Source: an uncultured Actinomycetes bacterium (GTDB taxonomy: Bacteria; Actinomycetota; Thermoleophilia; Gaiellales; Gaiellaceae). Taken from it: 64,000 bases of DNA. Below the pieces are notes generated by a model, which saw only the letters and a program-made list of their open reading frames with translations, made no database searches and was not told the origin of the DNA. Positions 55,772 to 64,000 of the stretch are shown here, in pieces. Positions within the stretch are counted from its first letter, which is position 1. Each line of letters begins with the position of its first letter. The stretch spans positions 2,313 to 66,312 of the forward strand of contig CAWAAP010000016.1 in the NCBI GenBank assembly GCA_963779965.1, written 5' to 3'. A program made the position numbers and the translations under genes.

Positions 55772-58129
55772 GTCCTCGCCTCCTCGAGTGCCCGCCAGAC
55801 TCGCTCGGGAGTCGCGGGCATGTCCAGGTCGGTGACGCCGAGGGGGACGAGCGCGTCGACCACGGCGTTCATCACGGCCGCGGTCGAGGCGATGGTGCCC
55901 GTCTCCCCCACCCCCTTCGCCCCGAGCGGGTTCGTCGGGCTCGGAGTGACCGTCCCTCCGAGCTCGTACGAAGGAAGCTCGGCCGCCGAGGGCACCAGAT
56001 AGTTCACCATCGAGCCGGTGACGAGGTTGCCGTCCTCGTCGTGGATCGCCTCCTCCCACAGCGCCTGCGCAACTCCCTGCGCGATGCCGCCGTGGATCTG
56101 GCCCGCAACGACCGTCGGGTTGATCACGTTGCCGACATCGTCGACCGCGACGTAACGGATGAGATCGACGTCGCCGATCTCAGTGTCGACCTCGACCACA
56201 GCGATGTGCGTGCCGGAGGGCCAGCTGAAGTTCGGGGGGTCGTACACGAACGATGCCTCGAGCCCCGGCTCCATGCCGTCCGGGAGGTTGTGCGCCGTCC
56301 AGGCCTGGAGTGCGAGCTCCTTGGTCGTCAGCGACTTGCCGTTCACGGTGAACGTTCCGTTCTCGTACTCGAGCTCGTCCTCACCGACCTCGAGCTGGTG
56401 CGCAGCGATCTTGCGCGCCTTCTCGACGACACGTTCCGCCGCGTGGTACGCCGCGACGCCGCCGACGGTAAGGCTTCGGCTGCCGTACGTGTCCATCCCG
56501 AGCGGTGCGACCGCAGTGTCGCCGTGGAGCACCTCCACGTCTTCGTACGGGATCCCGAGCCGCTCGGCGACGATCTGGGAGAACGTCGTGACGTGGCTCT
56601 GCCCGTGCGGCGAGGTGCCGATCAGCACCTGCACGGTTCCGGTCGGGAGGAAGCGGATCGTCGCCGCATCCCAGCCGCCCGCCCCGTAACGGATCGCACC
56701 GAGCACGCGCGACGGCGCTAATGCCGCACATCTCGAGGTACGTCGAGAAGCCGATGCCGAGCTGTTTCGTGTCCCCGCGCTCTCTCCGCTCGGACTGCTG
56801 ACGGCGGATGTCGTCGTGATCGAGGATCTCGAGGGCGGCATCGAGATGCGCGTCGTAGTCGCCGGAGTCGACGGTGAGCCCGGAGGTGATCGTCGAGGGG
56901 AACTCGCGCAGGAAGTTGAGCCTGCGGATCTCGAGACGGTCCTTCCCGAGCTTCCGCGCCAGTGCGTCGACCGCACGCTCGATCGCGTAGGTCGCCTCAG
57001 GCCGCCCGGCGCCACGGTACGCGTCGGTCGGTGTCGTGTTCGTGAAGACGCCCGTGCACTCGAAGTCGTATGCAGCGACGTCGTACGCTCCGCTGTACAG
57101 CCAGGCGCCGAGAAGCGGCGTGCCCGCGGTGACCAGTTGGAGGTACGCGCCGAAGTTGACCGTCAGCTTCGCGCGAACTGCGCGGATCTTTCCTTCGGAG
57201 GTCGCGGCGAGCTCGATCTCCTGGAACTGGTCTCGGCCGTGGATCGTGGCGTTGTAACCCTCGCTGCGCTGCTCGATCCACTTGATCGGCCGACCGAGCC
57301 GGCGCGCGAGCACGAGCGCGAGCGCCTCCTCGGCGTAGACGTTCAGCTTCGATCCGAACCCGCCGCCGACCGCCGGCGCGACCACGCGCAGCTTTGCTTC
57401 CGGAACGCCGGTGACCATGGAGAGCGTCACTCGCGCGATGTGCGGGATCTGCGTCGACGACCACATCGTCAGCTCGCCCGTCGCCGGGAACGGCTGGACG
57501 ATGACGCCGCGCGGCTCGATCGCATTCGGGATCAGCCGTTGTTGACGGTAGCGCTCCTTGACGGTGACGTCGGCCTTCGCGAACTCGTCGTCGACCTCTC
57601 CCGCCGCGAGCTTCCACGTGTAGCAGCGGTTGGTGCCGAACTCTTCGTGCACGAGCGGGGCGCCGTCTTCGAGCGCCTTCTCGGCGTCGACCACGGTCGG
57701 CAGCGGGTCGTAGTCGACCTGGACCAGCTCCGCTGCGTCGCGTGCCTCGCCGCGGCTCTCCGCGATCACGACCGCGACGCCGTCGCCGACGTAACGCGCT
57801 TCGTCCACGGCGAGCGGCCGATGGTTCGGCTGCTTCGTGTCCTCGGTCGGGAGCCACGCACAGGGAAGCGAAGCCTGCCACTCGTCCGCAAGCTCCTCGC
57901 CGGAGAATGCGGCGATGACGCCGCGGTGCGCGAGCGCGCCGTCGACGTTCACGTTGGCGATGCGTGCGTGCGCGTAGGGACTGCGGACGACGGCCATCCA
58001 CACCATGCCTGGAAGGCTCATGTCGTCCACGAACTTGGCTTGACCCGTCAGGAGGGCCGCGTCTTCTTTGCGCTCGACCGGCGCGCCGACGATGCGGCCG
58101 ACCTCGAGCTCTGTGATCGTCGTCGCCAT
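55768..58129 (-). pseudogene. coxL: molybdenum hydroxylase large subunit, form II CoxL-type (AYRGAGR), one frame disruption near 56722
   Basis: The N-terminal 470 aa are in ORF 56381..58465 (from MATTITELEVG at 58129) and end at YLEMCG. The continuation (APSRVLGAIRYGAGG...) is in ORF 55768..57015. The active-site loop reads AYRGAGR. Confidence 0.85.
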
Positions 58130-58131
58130 CG

Positions 58132-58596
58132 TCAGACCTCCACGCCGGCGGCCGTCTGGACCGCGCGGACGATGTTGTGGTACCCGGTGCAGCGGCAGAG
58201 ATTGCCCTCGAGCGCGTGCCGGATCTCTTCCTCGGTGGGATTCGGCGTCTCCTCGAGGAGACTGACGGTCGCCATGATGAACCCCGGAGTGCAGTAACCG
58301 CACTGGAGGCCGTGCTGCTCGTGGAACGCCTCCTGGACGGGGTGCATCGCCCCGTTCGTCGCCAGGCCCTCGATCGTCGTGATCTCGTGGCCGTCCACCT
58401 GGACGCCGAGGAGCGTGCAGGACTTCACCGACTCGCCGTCCAGCAGCACCGTGCAGGCGCCGCAACTGGACGTGTCGCAGCCGACGTTCGTACCGGTCAG
58501 GCCGAGCCGCTCGCGCAGGACGTAAACGAGCAGCTCACGTGGCTCGACGTCGAGAGTGTGCTCTGCCCCGTTGACCGTAATCGAGACCTGAGGCAC
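58132..58596 (-). CDS. coxS: molybdenum hydroxylase [2Fe-2S] small subunit (CoxS/CutS-like)
   Basis: 154 aa with CDTSSCGAC...C and CGYCTPG...CRCTGY cluster motifs. Confidence 0.9.
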   Translation of the reverse strand: MPQVSITVNGAEHTLDVEPRELLVYVLRERLGLTGTNVGCDTSSCGACTVLLDGESVKSCTLLGVQVDGHEITTIEGLATNGAMHPVQEAFHEQHGLQCGYCTPGFIMATVSLLEETPNPTEEEIRHALEGNLCRCTGYHNIVRAVQTAAGVEV

Positions 58597-58657
58597 GGCG
58601 GCCTCCTTTCGGCCGAAGAGAACTTCGGGCGATCCTACGCCTCCGTGACGTTAGCGG

Positions 58658-59120
58658 CTAGCGTCGGGCCTTGATGGCCCGCTGCATGTCGCGGTCGGCC
58701 TCGCGCTTCGCGATGTCGCGGCGCTTGTCTCGCCCCTCCTTGCCTCGTGCCAGTGCGAGCTCGACCTTGACCCGCCCATTCTTGAAGTAGAGCTTCGTCG
58801 GGACGAGCGTCAGGCCCTTCTGAGCGACGCTGCCCGCGAGCGAATCGACTTCCTTCCTGTGGAGGAGGAGCTTGCGGTCGCGATCCGGATCGTGGTTCGC
58901 GAGATTGCCCTGGTCGTAGACCGAGATGTGGGCGCCGACGAGCCAGGCCTCCCCACCGCGAACGTCCGCGTAGGCCTGCTGGAGCGAGGCTCGGCCGTCC
59001 CGGAGGGACTTCACCTCTGTGCCGGTCAGCACGATGCCCGCCTCGACGCGCTCGAGGAGGTGATAGTCGTGCCGTGGCTCGGCGATTGTCGACGATGAGA
59101 TGCTCGCTCTTTGGGGCCAT
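58658..59120 (-). pseudogene. smpB: SsrA-binding protein SmpB, one frame disruption near 59075 (probably a sequence error)
   Basis: The ATG at 59120 gives MAPKSEHLIVDNRRA. After one extra base the sequence continues RHDYHLLERVEAGIVLTGTEVKSLRDG... in the frame of ORF 58658..59032. This matches the classic SmpB N-terminus. Confidence 0.85.
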
Positions 59121-59212
59121 TTGGCCAGTCTAGGGACCTTGTGAGCCGACTCGATTACGATCTACAATCGGTAGGGCTGTTGGGGTCTGTTACGGGGAGA
59201 AGGAGGACACGC

Positions 59213-59861
59213 TTGTCTCGTGTTGCACGCACGTTCGCCATCGGCGCGTCCGCGCTTGCCGCTGCCTCGGGACTGGCTTTCGGGCTCTTCCTGCCGTCCA
59301 TCGCGCGCGCACAGGAGGTACCGCCGACCACGGTGCCGACGCCCACTCTGCCGACGCCCGATCCTGCGCCGGCGCCGAAACCGAAGCCGACACCGAAGCC
59401 CGCGCCAAAGCCTGCTCCCAAGTCCACGCCGCGGACGACTCCGCGCACGTATTCGACGCCGACCTACCAGGCCCCTCGCACGCAGTCGGTCGCACCGCGC
59501 GTGACCACGCAAGCCGAAAGTCCGCGCACACCCCAAGCCGAAGAAGAAGGTCACGAAGGTGCCGGTCGCGACCGAGACGACCGTAATCCCGAAGGTCAGC
59601 GTGACGCCTCCGATCGGCGCCGTCGGCGTCCGTAACGCGTTCCAGACGAAGTCGGGCGGCTCGTCCGATCTCGGCTCGATTGTGATCGTGTTGGGGCTGG
59701 CGCTCGCGATCGCCTGCTTCGCGATGGCGCTCGTCCCGGCGACGCACGTGAGGTGGCGGCCTGTCGCGATTTTCGTCTCGGAGCGCCAGGTCGATCTGAC
59801 GATCATCGGGCTCGCTTTGCTCATGGGAGCTGTGTTCACGTTCCTCTGGACCAAGGGTTAG
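59213..59861 (+). pseudogene. Pro/Lys/Thr-rich protein with a signal peptide and a C-terminal TM anchor, one frame disruption near 59510
   Basis: TTG at 59213 after GGAGAAGGAGGA. SRVARTFAIGASALAAASGLAFG is followed by PKPKPTPKPAPKPAPK. The C-terminal part (KKKVTKVPVATE...IVIVLGLALAIACFAMAL) is in the frame of ORF 59559..59861. Confidence 0.55.
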
Positions 59862-59863
59862 CT

Positions 59864-61808
59864 TTGCGTCGCTTCTCCCTCGTTGGATCCGTTCTGCTGG
59901 TGCTCACGCTGCTGCTCATCTCCACGGGCAGCGCAGCGCCCCCTCCGATTCGCGTCGACGTTCCGGCTACGACGGAGGCGACGAGCGTGAGCGCGACAAG
60001 CGTGACGTACGGCGTCAAGGCCTATGACACGACCGTCGATCCCGACACCTCCGCCATAAGTGCCGCCTGCACCGGGGGAAGCGGTTCCGGGAGATTTTTC
60101 AGTGACCGCAGACTTCCCGCTGGGAGACACCTCCGCGGAATGCACGTGCGACACTCGGGGATGGCACCCCGTCAGCCAGTCCTTTACTGTCACCGTCGTC
60201 GACACCACGGCGCCGTCGTTCAGTTCCGTCCCGTCCGACATTACGCAGCCGACGACGAGCCCATCAGGAGCGGCAGTGAATTACACCACCACCGACTGCG
60301 ACCGACCTGGGCCAGGCTGTCACCGTCAACTGCGCTCCCGCGTCTGGCTCCAACTTCCCGGTCGGGACGACGCCGGTCGACTGTTCGGCGGACGACGGTC
60401 AGGGGCAATACCGGCCATGCCTCCTTCAACGTGACCGTCACCTTCAACGACACCCAGGCGCCCACCTTCACTCCCAACCCGCCACCGCCCGTTGGTGCCA
60501 CCACCTCGGGTACAGGCGCCGTCGTGAACTACACGGTGGCGGCAACCGACGACAGCGGTACACCGCCGACGGTCAACTGCACGCCGCCCTCCGGCTCAAC
60601 CTTCCCTGTCGGTCAAACGACCGTCAACTGCACAGCCTCCGACGGAACGAACACGGCGAACGCCTCGTTCATCGTCACCGTTACCTTCGTCGACACGACC
60701 GCCCCTGTGATTTCGAACGTGCCCTCGAATCGTGTGGTCGAAGCGAACGGCCCTTCGGGATCAGTCGTCAGCTACACAGGGCCAACAGCAACCGATGCCG
60801 CGGAAGGGCCGAAGCCTGTCAGTTGTAGCCCGACGAGTGGCTCAACCTTCCCGCTGGGGGGTACCACGGTCAACTGCACTGCGTCCGACTCGCACGGCAA
60901 TACGAGTAGTGCGTCGTTCACAGTGACCGTCGTCGATACGACCAAGCCGAACCTCATCGTCCCCAGCGAACGCGCGGTCTATGCCGACACGCCGCTGGGC
61001 ATCGGCCCGCAGGGCTACGGCGTCCCGCCGTTCCTCGAGGGAGCCTCCGCCACAGACACCGTCGACCCACACCCGGTCATTACGACCGACGCTCCCGAGT
61101 TCTTCACGGTCGGTGTCCACACGGTGACGTTCACCGCGGTCGACGCCAGTGGAAACGGCGTCAGCAAGACCGCGGTGCTCGAGGTGTTGCCAATGCCGCC
61201 GGCGGGGACACCTCCGCTTCCCATACCGGCGCCGCGAGTTGCACCGCCCGACGTCAGTGACCTGAAAGCCGAAGCCGGCGACCGCCGAGTCAGATTGAGC
61301 TGGCAGATCCCTCCCGGAGTCGACCACGTCGTGATCAGTCGCTCACTCTCGTTGGGGGGCGACGTGCAGGTCGTATACACGGGCTCGGCCGAGTCCTTCC
61401 TGGACCGCGCCGTCGTGAACACGCTCGAATACCGCTACGTCGTCGTGTCCGTCGATCAAGGATGGCCTGGCCTCTGCGGGAGTTGCTGCCACAGCACAGC
61501 CGAGGCCGACGCTCCTGAAGGCCCCGAAAGACGGCGCTCGGCTCCGCAAGGCGCCGAAGCTGACCTGGGTCGCGAACTCGGAGGCGAACTACTACAACGT
61601 GCAGCTCTTCCGAGGCGAGAAGAAGATCCTGAGCGTCTGGCCCCTGAAGCCTGCCCTGAACCTCAAGAACAAATGGAAGTACCAGGGGCACACGTACAAG
61701 CTGTCGCGCGGCGTCTACCGCTGGTATGTCTGGCCGGGGTTCGGAGCCCGCAAGGCGGTCGACTACGGCGAGATGCTCGGCTTCAGCAGCTTCCAGATCG
61801 TCGGCTGA
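59864..61808 (+). pseudogene. secreted HYR-repeat (hyalin repeat) surface protein, at least 4 frame disruptions
   Basis: TTG at 59864 (MRRFSLVGSVLLVLTLLLISTGSAA). At least four repeats of V(N/S)C.P.SGS.FP.G.TTV.C.A.D..GNT..ASF.VTV. Frame breaks near 60092, 60291, 60400 and 61458. The C-terminus is ORF 61599..61808. Confidence 0.7.
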
Positions 61809-61809
61809 G

Positions 61810-61902
61810 CTAGCGAGCCGAAACCGCCATCCAGCGGAGCGTGGCTGCGAGGCTCACGATCGGCAGGAAGGCGAGCGGGGCAGCGACTGCCAGGGTCAGC
61901 AT
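61810..61902 (-). CDS. 30-codon hydrophobic mini-ORF (candidate small membrane peptide)
   Basis: My own translation: MLTLAVAAPLAFLPIVSLAATLRWMAVSAR*. Its ATG overlaps the stop of the preceding mini-ORF (TGATG). Confidence 0.3.
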   Translation of the reverse strand: MLTLAVAAPLAFLPIVSLAATLRWMAVSAR

Positions 61903-61991
61903 CAGTCGCTACCCGTCTGGATGATCATCCCGAGGCCCGCGAGGACGAGGGCTGCGATGACGAGCAATGTGATGAACAGTCGCTTCTTCAT
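61902..61991 (-). CDS. 29-codon hydrophobic mini-ORF (candidate small membrane peptide)
   Basis: MKKRLFITLLVIAALVLAGLGMIIQTGSD* is the tail of ORF 61902..62147. It has a KKR n-region and one TM helix, and starts 46 nt downstream of the RNase R-family gene. Confidence 0.35.
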   Translation of the reverse strand: MKKRLFITLLVIAALVLAGLGMIIQTGSD

Positions 61992-62037
61992 GGCATGAGT
62001 CTCGTCTACAAGACGGGCGAAGTCGTTACGGTTTTCC

Positions 62038-63699
62038 CTACCTTCGAGGGCGGCCTGCCTGTGAAAGCTCGACCTTGCCCTCGGCTTTCTCGATCTTCTC
62101 GACCAGCACCTTGATCGGGTCTCCCAGGCGGTAGGTGGCTCCCCCACGCCGGCCGGCCATCGCCGTACCCAGCTCGTTGAGCTCGAAATAGTCGCCGGCC
62201 AGGCGCCTCGCGGGCAGGTAGCCCTCGAAGACGTCGCCGAACCGGATGAACAGGCCCGAGGCGATCATCCCGACGATCTCGCCCTCGAACGGGTCGTCCC
62301 AGCCACGCTCGTAGAGCGTCGCCTCCAGCAGCCAGGCCAGGCAGAGGTCGTCGGCGAGATGCTCGACCTGGGCCGCCTCTCGCTCCCGCGCCGAGGTGTG
62401 CTCCGCGAGGCCATCGAGGTCTCCGGGCGGCGGATCGTCGGAGAGGCCGAGCTCGCGGAGCAGCGCGCGGTGGACGACGAGATCCGGATAGCGCCGGATC
62501 GGCGAGGTGAAGTGGCAGTAGGCGGGGCTCGCGAGACCGGAGTGCCCGAGGTTCTCGGGGTGGTAGCGGGCCTGCTTGAGCGAACGAAGCACCAGCGAGG
62601 GGAAGGCTTCGCGGCCGCGACCGGAGCGCTCGACGTAGTCCATGACGCGGACGCTCACCTCGCCTGCGACGGCAGCCGCCGTCGCAGGCGAGAGCTGCTT
62701 CGGCGCGGGCGGCGTCGGCACTCCCAGATCGGCGAGCTTCTTCAGCAGGAGCTCGATCGCCTGCGGGTCGGGCCGTTCATGGACACGGTAGAGCGCCGGC
62801 CGCTTCCGTCCGGAGAGGAGCTCGGCGACGGCTTCGTTCGCGGCAACCATGAGCTCCTCGATGAGGCGGTGGGCGGTCGGCTCGGTTTCCTTCCATGCGC
62901 GCGCCACGCCGCCCTTGCCGTCGAACTCGAAGTTGATCTCCGGCGTCTCGATGCGGAGGGCGCCTCGTGCGAATCGCCTCTCGCGCATCTCGGCCGTCAA
63001 CCGGTCCGTGTCCTCGAGAGCCGCGACGACCTCCGGCGCGGCGTCCCGCCGCTCTGCTTCGGCATACGTGAGCCGCGCCCGGCTGCGGATGACCGAGCGG
63101 TAGAACTTCGGTTCGCCGTTCGGCGGCATCTCGACAGTGAGGCAGAGGCGGTCCTCGTTCGGCCGCAAGCTGCACCGGTTCTCGGACAGCTCCGGTGGCA
63201 GCATCGGGGCGACCCGCCCCGGGACGTAGGTCGAAAACGCGCGCGCGGAGGCACCACGATCGAGCGGCACTCCCGTGGGCAGGTAGGCCGACACGTCGGC
63301 GATGTGGACCCACCAGCGGAATCCGTCCCCTTCCTTCTGCACGGAGATCGCATCGTCGAAGTCCTTTGCGGTCTCGGGGTCGATCGTGAAGCAGAGCTGC
63401 TCTCGCAGATCGACGCGGCCGGACAGATCGGGCTCGGGCGCCTCGTAGGGCTCGAACTCCGTGCGCACTCCGGAGTGCACGAGCAGGCCCTCGAGCACGA
63501 CCTGGATGTCCTTCGCCTTGCCGAGCTTGCGTTCGACGCGCGCACGGCCGCGGCCGGTGCGGACGACGACGAGATCTCCGGGACGGATGTCGCCGCTGCC
63601 TTTCCGGTCGATCGTGACCGGAACGTTCGGGACGAAGTACGGCTCGCCGACGAACAGCTTGCCGCGCTTGTCGACCTCGACGACTAGGAGGTCGCTCAG
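62038..63699 (-). CDS. rnr: RNase II/R family 3'-5' exoribonuclease (CSD-RNB-S1); start codon unresolved
   Basis: RNB motifs (FTIDPETAKDFDDAISV, YSTYVPGRVAPMLP, HFTSPIRRYPDLVVHR) and a C-terminal S1-like domain. The homologous region begins at LSDLLVVEVDKRG, just after the ftsX stop. The only canonical in-frame start (GTG 63909) would overlap ftsX by 214 nt. Confidence 0.8.
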   Translation of the reverse strand: MSDLLVVEVDKRGKLFVGEPYFVPNVPVTIDRKGSGDIRPGDLVVVRTGRGRARVERKLGKAKDIQVVLEGLLVHSGVRTEFEPYEAPEPDLSGRVDLREQLCFTIDPETAKDFDDAISVQKEGDGFRWWVHIADVSAYLPTGVPLDRGASARAFSTYVPGRVAPMLPPELSENRCSLRPNEDRLCLTVEMPPNGEPKFYRSVIRSRARLTYAEAERRDAAPEVVAALEDTDRLTAEMRERRFARGALRIETPEINFEFDGKGGVARAWKETEPTAHRLIEELMVAANEAVAELLSGRKRPALYRVHERPDPQAIELLLKKLADLGVPTPPAPKQLSPATAAAVAGEVSVRVMDYVERSGRGREAFPSLVLRSLKQARYHPENLGHSGLASPAYCHFTSPIRRYPDLVVHRALLRELGLSDDPPPGDLDGLAEHTSAREREAAQVEHLADDLCLAWLLEATLYERGWDDPFEGEIVGMIASGLFIRFGDVFEGYLPARRLAGDYFELNELGTAMAGRRGGATYRLGDPIKVLVEKIEKAEGKVELSQAGRPRR

Positions 63700-64000
63700 A
63701 CTTTGAGGAAGCGGCGGATGGTGAAGCCGGAGCCGGCTGCGCCGAGCAGCAATCCGGTTCCGAGCAGAATCAGCGCGTTGAGCGAGAAGGCGATTGCGTT
63801 CACGTCGTCGCCGGCCTTGAGCGGCCCGCTGTGGAGCAGCGACGGCAGCGCGATCTCCTTGCCGATCACGAGCAGGATCACGGCGCCCAACGCACCGGCG
63901 ATCCCACACAACAGTCCTTCGAGCATGAACGGGCCCCGCACGAACCAGTTCGTCGCGCCGACGAGCTTCATCACCTCGATCTCACGACGGCGCGAGAAGA
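63696..64000 (-). CDS. ftsX: cell division permease FtsX, C-terminal part (gene continues beyond the window)
   Basis: REIEVMKLVGATNWFVRGPFMLEGLLCG followed by C-terminal TM helices. The frame is open to the window edge. Confidence 0.85.
   Translation of the reverse strand, partial: FSRRREIEVMKLVGATNWFVRGPFMLEGLLCGIAGALGAVILLVIGKEIALPSLLHSGPLKAGDDVNAIAFSLNALILLGTGLLLGAAGSGFTIRRFLKV

Overview
High-GC, gene-dense chromosomal segment of actinobacterial type. The lineage guess (possibly Thermoleophilia or Rubrobacteria-like) is inference from composition and gene content only. I support about 70 features. RNA genes: a tRNA with a CAU anticodon (90..163, -) and a one-piece tmRNA, ssrA (54554..54915, -), which lies in a loosened ftsX-rnr-smpB-ssrA neighbourhood. 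Signalling: two paralogous zinc-ribbon / class III nucleotidyl cyclase / STAND-ATPase / TPR giants; an MFS transporter fused to a cNMP-binding domain; a stand-alone cNMP-binding protein; a tandem MshEN-type (c-di-GMP receptor-like) protein; two OmpR/HK pairs; and two receiver-only proteins. Metabolism: a gamma-glutamyl (puu-like) permease / GS-like / amidotransferase operon, a form II coxSLM-type molybdenum hydroxylase, and assorted oxidoreductases and hydrolases. Surface proteins: a tandem CSLREA / beta-helix giant, an HYR-repeat protein, a WxL-like / DUF916-like pair, an RTX-like protein and an S1 protease. I found no rRNA, CRISPR array, transposase or integrase. Caveat: at least 14 single-base frame disruptions split otherwise recognisable genes, including housekeeping smpB. 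The ORF track is therefore fragmented, and many long ORFs are GC-driven antisense shadows. Most interesting observations: (1) an exact 26-bp duplicate of the ssrA 3' end brackets a 2.2-kb, visibly lower-GC, integrase-less three-gene islet; (2) a self-contained nucleotidyltransferase + stand-alone OLD-like TOPRIM gene pair, a candidate toxin-antitoxin or defence module; (3) an unusual density of cyclic-nucleotide signalling parts, including the MFS-cNMP fusion and an ATPase-less tandem MshEN protein next to a sugar transferase; (4) a truncated aldehyde dehydrogenase scar with a 97-bp-period tandem repeat inside the puu-like operon; (5) two translationally coupled 29/30-codon hydrophobic mini-ORFs. 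All calls are hand analysis of the sequence and ORF translations; no searches or computations were run.
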